Assembly (NCBI RefSeq): GCF_004010195.1
Contig: NC_057714.1
Coordinates: 7,804,492-7,868,491, forward strand
DNA from: Chiloscyllium plagiosum
Lineage: Eukaryota
Reading direction: 5' to 3'
DNA: 64,000 bases
Below the pieces are notes generated by a model, which saw only the letters and a program-made list of their open reading frames with translations, made no database searches and was not told where the DNA came from. Each line of letters opens with the position of its first letter. The stretch's first letter is position 1. This document shows positions 62,570 to 64,000 of this stretch, one piece after another. The translations under genes were made by a program, and so were the position numbers.

Positions 62570-63593
62570 ATCCTCTTCGCCAGTGAGTTCTGTCGCTGGT
62601 TTGGAAAGAAACCGCAGTTACTTAATAATCACGTATAAGTAAAATGTTTTGATTTTCTAAGACCAACAGTAAAATGGCATGTTTTATGTCAAAAATAATT
62701 ATGCTTTTTTTAATAGCAAATGTTTTTTTTCGAGAGACCGTTTTCAAACTGATACAACTTTGTATATTATTTTGCAAAGAGCAGCATACCTTCTAATACT
62801 CTGCAGGCAAATACTGAATCATTATTCCTTAACCTCGTGTTAATTGGAGTTTAATGAATGCAATGCTTTCCATTAGATTTGCTATTTTTTCTCTAAGAAC
62901 GATCAAGTTCACGTTTCAGATTTCCTGTCAGTGCATATGTGCTACTGAATGATTATTTTAAAACACAGATGCAGGTCGGCACAATGCTACTGCAAATAAC
63001 TGCAATTTCATCTACACAGCGGCGTAATCGATGCATTGCAGATTTCGTCTTTGTCAGTGATAAATATTTCATCATATTTTAATATCGCCTAAACGGAACA
63101 ATTTTTATAAACAACTGATCTTGTACTTCCCGGTGAAAAACGAAAATAAAAAGGAAAGGCACCAAGCGCGTTGGGATATGCATTTTAGGTCTATATATTC
63201 TGCCATGTGCAAGACAAAGAAATTACTTGAAAGCACAAGGCCTCGGTTATGATCATTACATGGCGCCTAGGCGAGTAAATTTGTGTTGTTCTTCGAAACA
63301 GCGACCTCGGCGGAGTATAGTGGAAGCGCTGCTCGGTCGGCGGCTCCTGCCTCTGCAGGAAAACTAGACTAAACACAGAAAGCAGACTTGTCCCATTATA
63401 TTGGCTGTTTAGGCGAGACAAACAGAAGCTTTAATCTAAGCAAAGCAAGTAAACAAACACAATGGCACTTTATTCTGTTCGTCTTGTGATTTGAGTAGAC
63501 CATCCGATTGGAATTACTCAATTTTAAATCTATGAAGCTAGGTGATTGTCGCAGGATAAATTCTGTGCTCGTTCATGAATGCAGCACTAAATT

Positions 63594-63642
63594 TATATAT
63601 ATATATATTACATATTATATATATAAAACACACACACATATA
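63594..63642. repeat. Interrupted (TA)n/(CA)n microsatellite
   Basis: ATATATATATATAT..ATTATATATATA..ACACACACAC. Confidence 0.8.
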
Positions 63643-64000
63643 TGCATAGACTGTAGCTTTGCTACGCGGAGCTAAGTACAGCGGATTCGCTATGAGAATT
63701 TATTTTAGTAGGAATTGCTTATACGTGTAATTTTCCAAATGCCCATGTAACTGAAATTACTGTTATAAATAATCCATAGATATTTAATTCGAACAAAACA
63801 AATTGCGCATTTACAATATTAAACCATATCATCCTCTTTGTTAGGTTTATCACTGCATGGCGTACTGTAGAAGGATACTTTGCCCGAGTTAAAAACATTT
63901 ATCTTGACTTTTTTTTTCAGCGCAATACAAAAGGATGTCTTCGGGAAAATGTAGGCTGTTGTGCATTCGAGGCGTGATGTTATCCTAATATGATTTCAGA

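Noticed and set aside
1-64000. Prokaryote-type systems (CRISPR arrays, operons, rRNA/tRNA genes)
   Set aside because: This is eukaryotic intron-containing DNA with no regular repeat-spacer array. The tRNA-like boxes belong to SINE heads.
62570-64000. HoxA9 coding sequence
   Set aside because: No Hox9 N-terminus (SNYYVDS-like) or homeobox was found before the window end.

Overview
Vertebrate genomic DNA, most likely from a shark or other chondrichthyan (shark-type V-SINE/CR1 repeats, slowly evolving Hox proteins), covering the 5' (posterior) end of a HoxA cluster on the + strand. Bases 1 to ~19 kb are a CpG-poor patchwork of nested, degraded transposons: CR1/L2-type LINEs, tRNA-derived SINEs, a Gmr1-like LTR element with PR-IN-RT order, a putative solo LTR and an inverted-repeat element. 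From ~19 kb onward the sequence has no recognisable transposons and carries three intact two-exon genes (HoxA13, HoxA11, HoxA10) and a miR-196 hairpin. HoxA9 and Evx1 were not seen and presumably lie outside the window. The main hidden feature, which the ORF track misses, is a degenerate three-exon paralogue-group-14 pseudogene (HoxA14-psi, ~22.5-25.25 kb) with the diagnostic intron-split homeobox. Other observations: short uORFs abutting the start of all three Hox genes, CTCF-like motifs between genes, DR0 and DR2 nuclear-receptor elements, and a very speculative Hox12-like trace. All comparisons with other species come from memory of the families, not from database searches, and transposon boundaries are approximate.
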